Assembly (NCBI GenBank): GCA_040954595.2
Contig: CM082578.2
Coordinates: 5,748,831 to 5,812,830 of the forward strand
From: Balanoglossus misakiensis
Taxonomy: Eukaryota; Animalia; Hemichordata
Reading direction: 5' to 3'
DNA: 64,000 nucleotides
Positions 63,739 through 64,000 of the stretch are shown one piece after another. Made by a program: the position numbers and the translations under genes. Position 1 is the first letter of the stretch. The number at the start of each line of letters is the position of its first letter. The notes below the pieces were generated by a model. The model was not told the origin of the DNA, searched no databases, and saw nothing but the letters and a program-made list of their open reading frames with translations.

Positions 63739-64000
63739 GACCGTAATGCATGTACATGTATATATAGGCCGATATGGTTGTGTCGTATTTTATATCAGGG
63801 ATGGAAGGGCCCACCAACGCGCATATTTCTGCTACACTAAGGTGCTCCACGACGACTATACACAATAATAATCAATGTACTAATACATAAAGCTAGAGAA
63901 AACTGTCTAAGGCCTTGCACTAAAAAACAGAGCTTAAATACCCTCTAAATAAAATACGATCGCGTGTATATAAATCCGATTATCTGTCTATAATCGTCGT

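Overview
AT-rich eukaryotic (animal) genomic DNA. The repeat repertoire and abundant TACATGTA motifs suggest a marine invertebrate such as a hemichordate or lancelet; this is inference. I found no confidently supported host exon, so the window reads as intergenic or a large intron. The only convincing long ORF is a 5'-truncated but uninterrupted L1/Tx1-clade LINE ORF2 (RT plus zinc finger, 88-2472, minus strand). The long ORFs at 15.5-18.1 kb, 21 kb, 32 kb and 42 kb are microsatellite artefacts. The rest is transposon debris and tandem repeats: two decayed L2/CR1 fragments, a Helitron-type non-autonomous element, Kolobok-type TTAA MITEs and fold-back MITEs. There is also a 5.5-kb CACTG...CAGTG (EnSpm/CMC-type) non-autonomous element with a 2-bp AT TSD (54899-60411) that carries nested MITEs and three tandem arrays. 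Less routine observations: roughly ten-fold enrichment of TACATGTA (possible Tc1/mariner excision scars), an interlocked A-B-A'-B' inverted-repeat structure at 46.9-47.5 kb, and a decayed coding-like segment at 62.3-63.7 kb. All coordinates and counts were read by eye.
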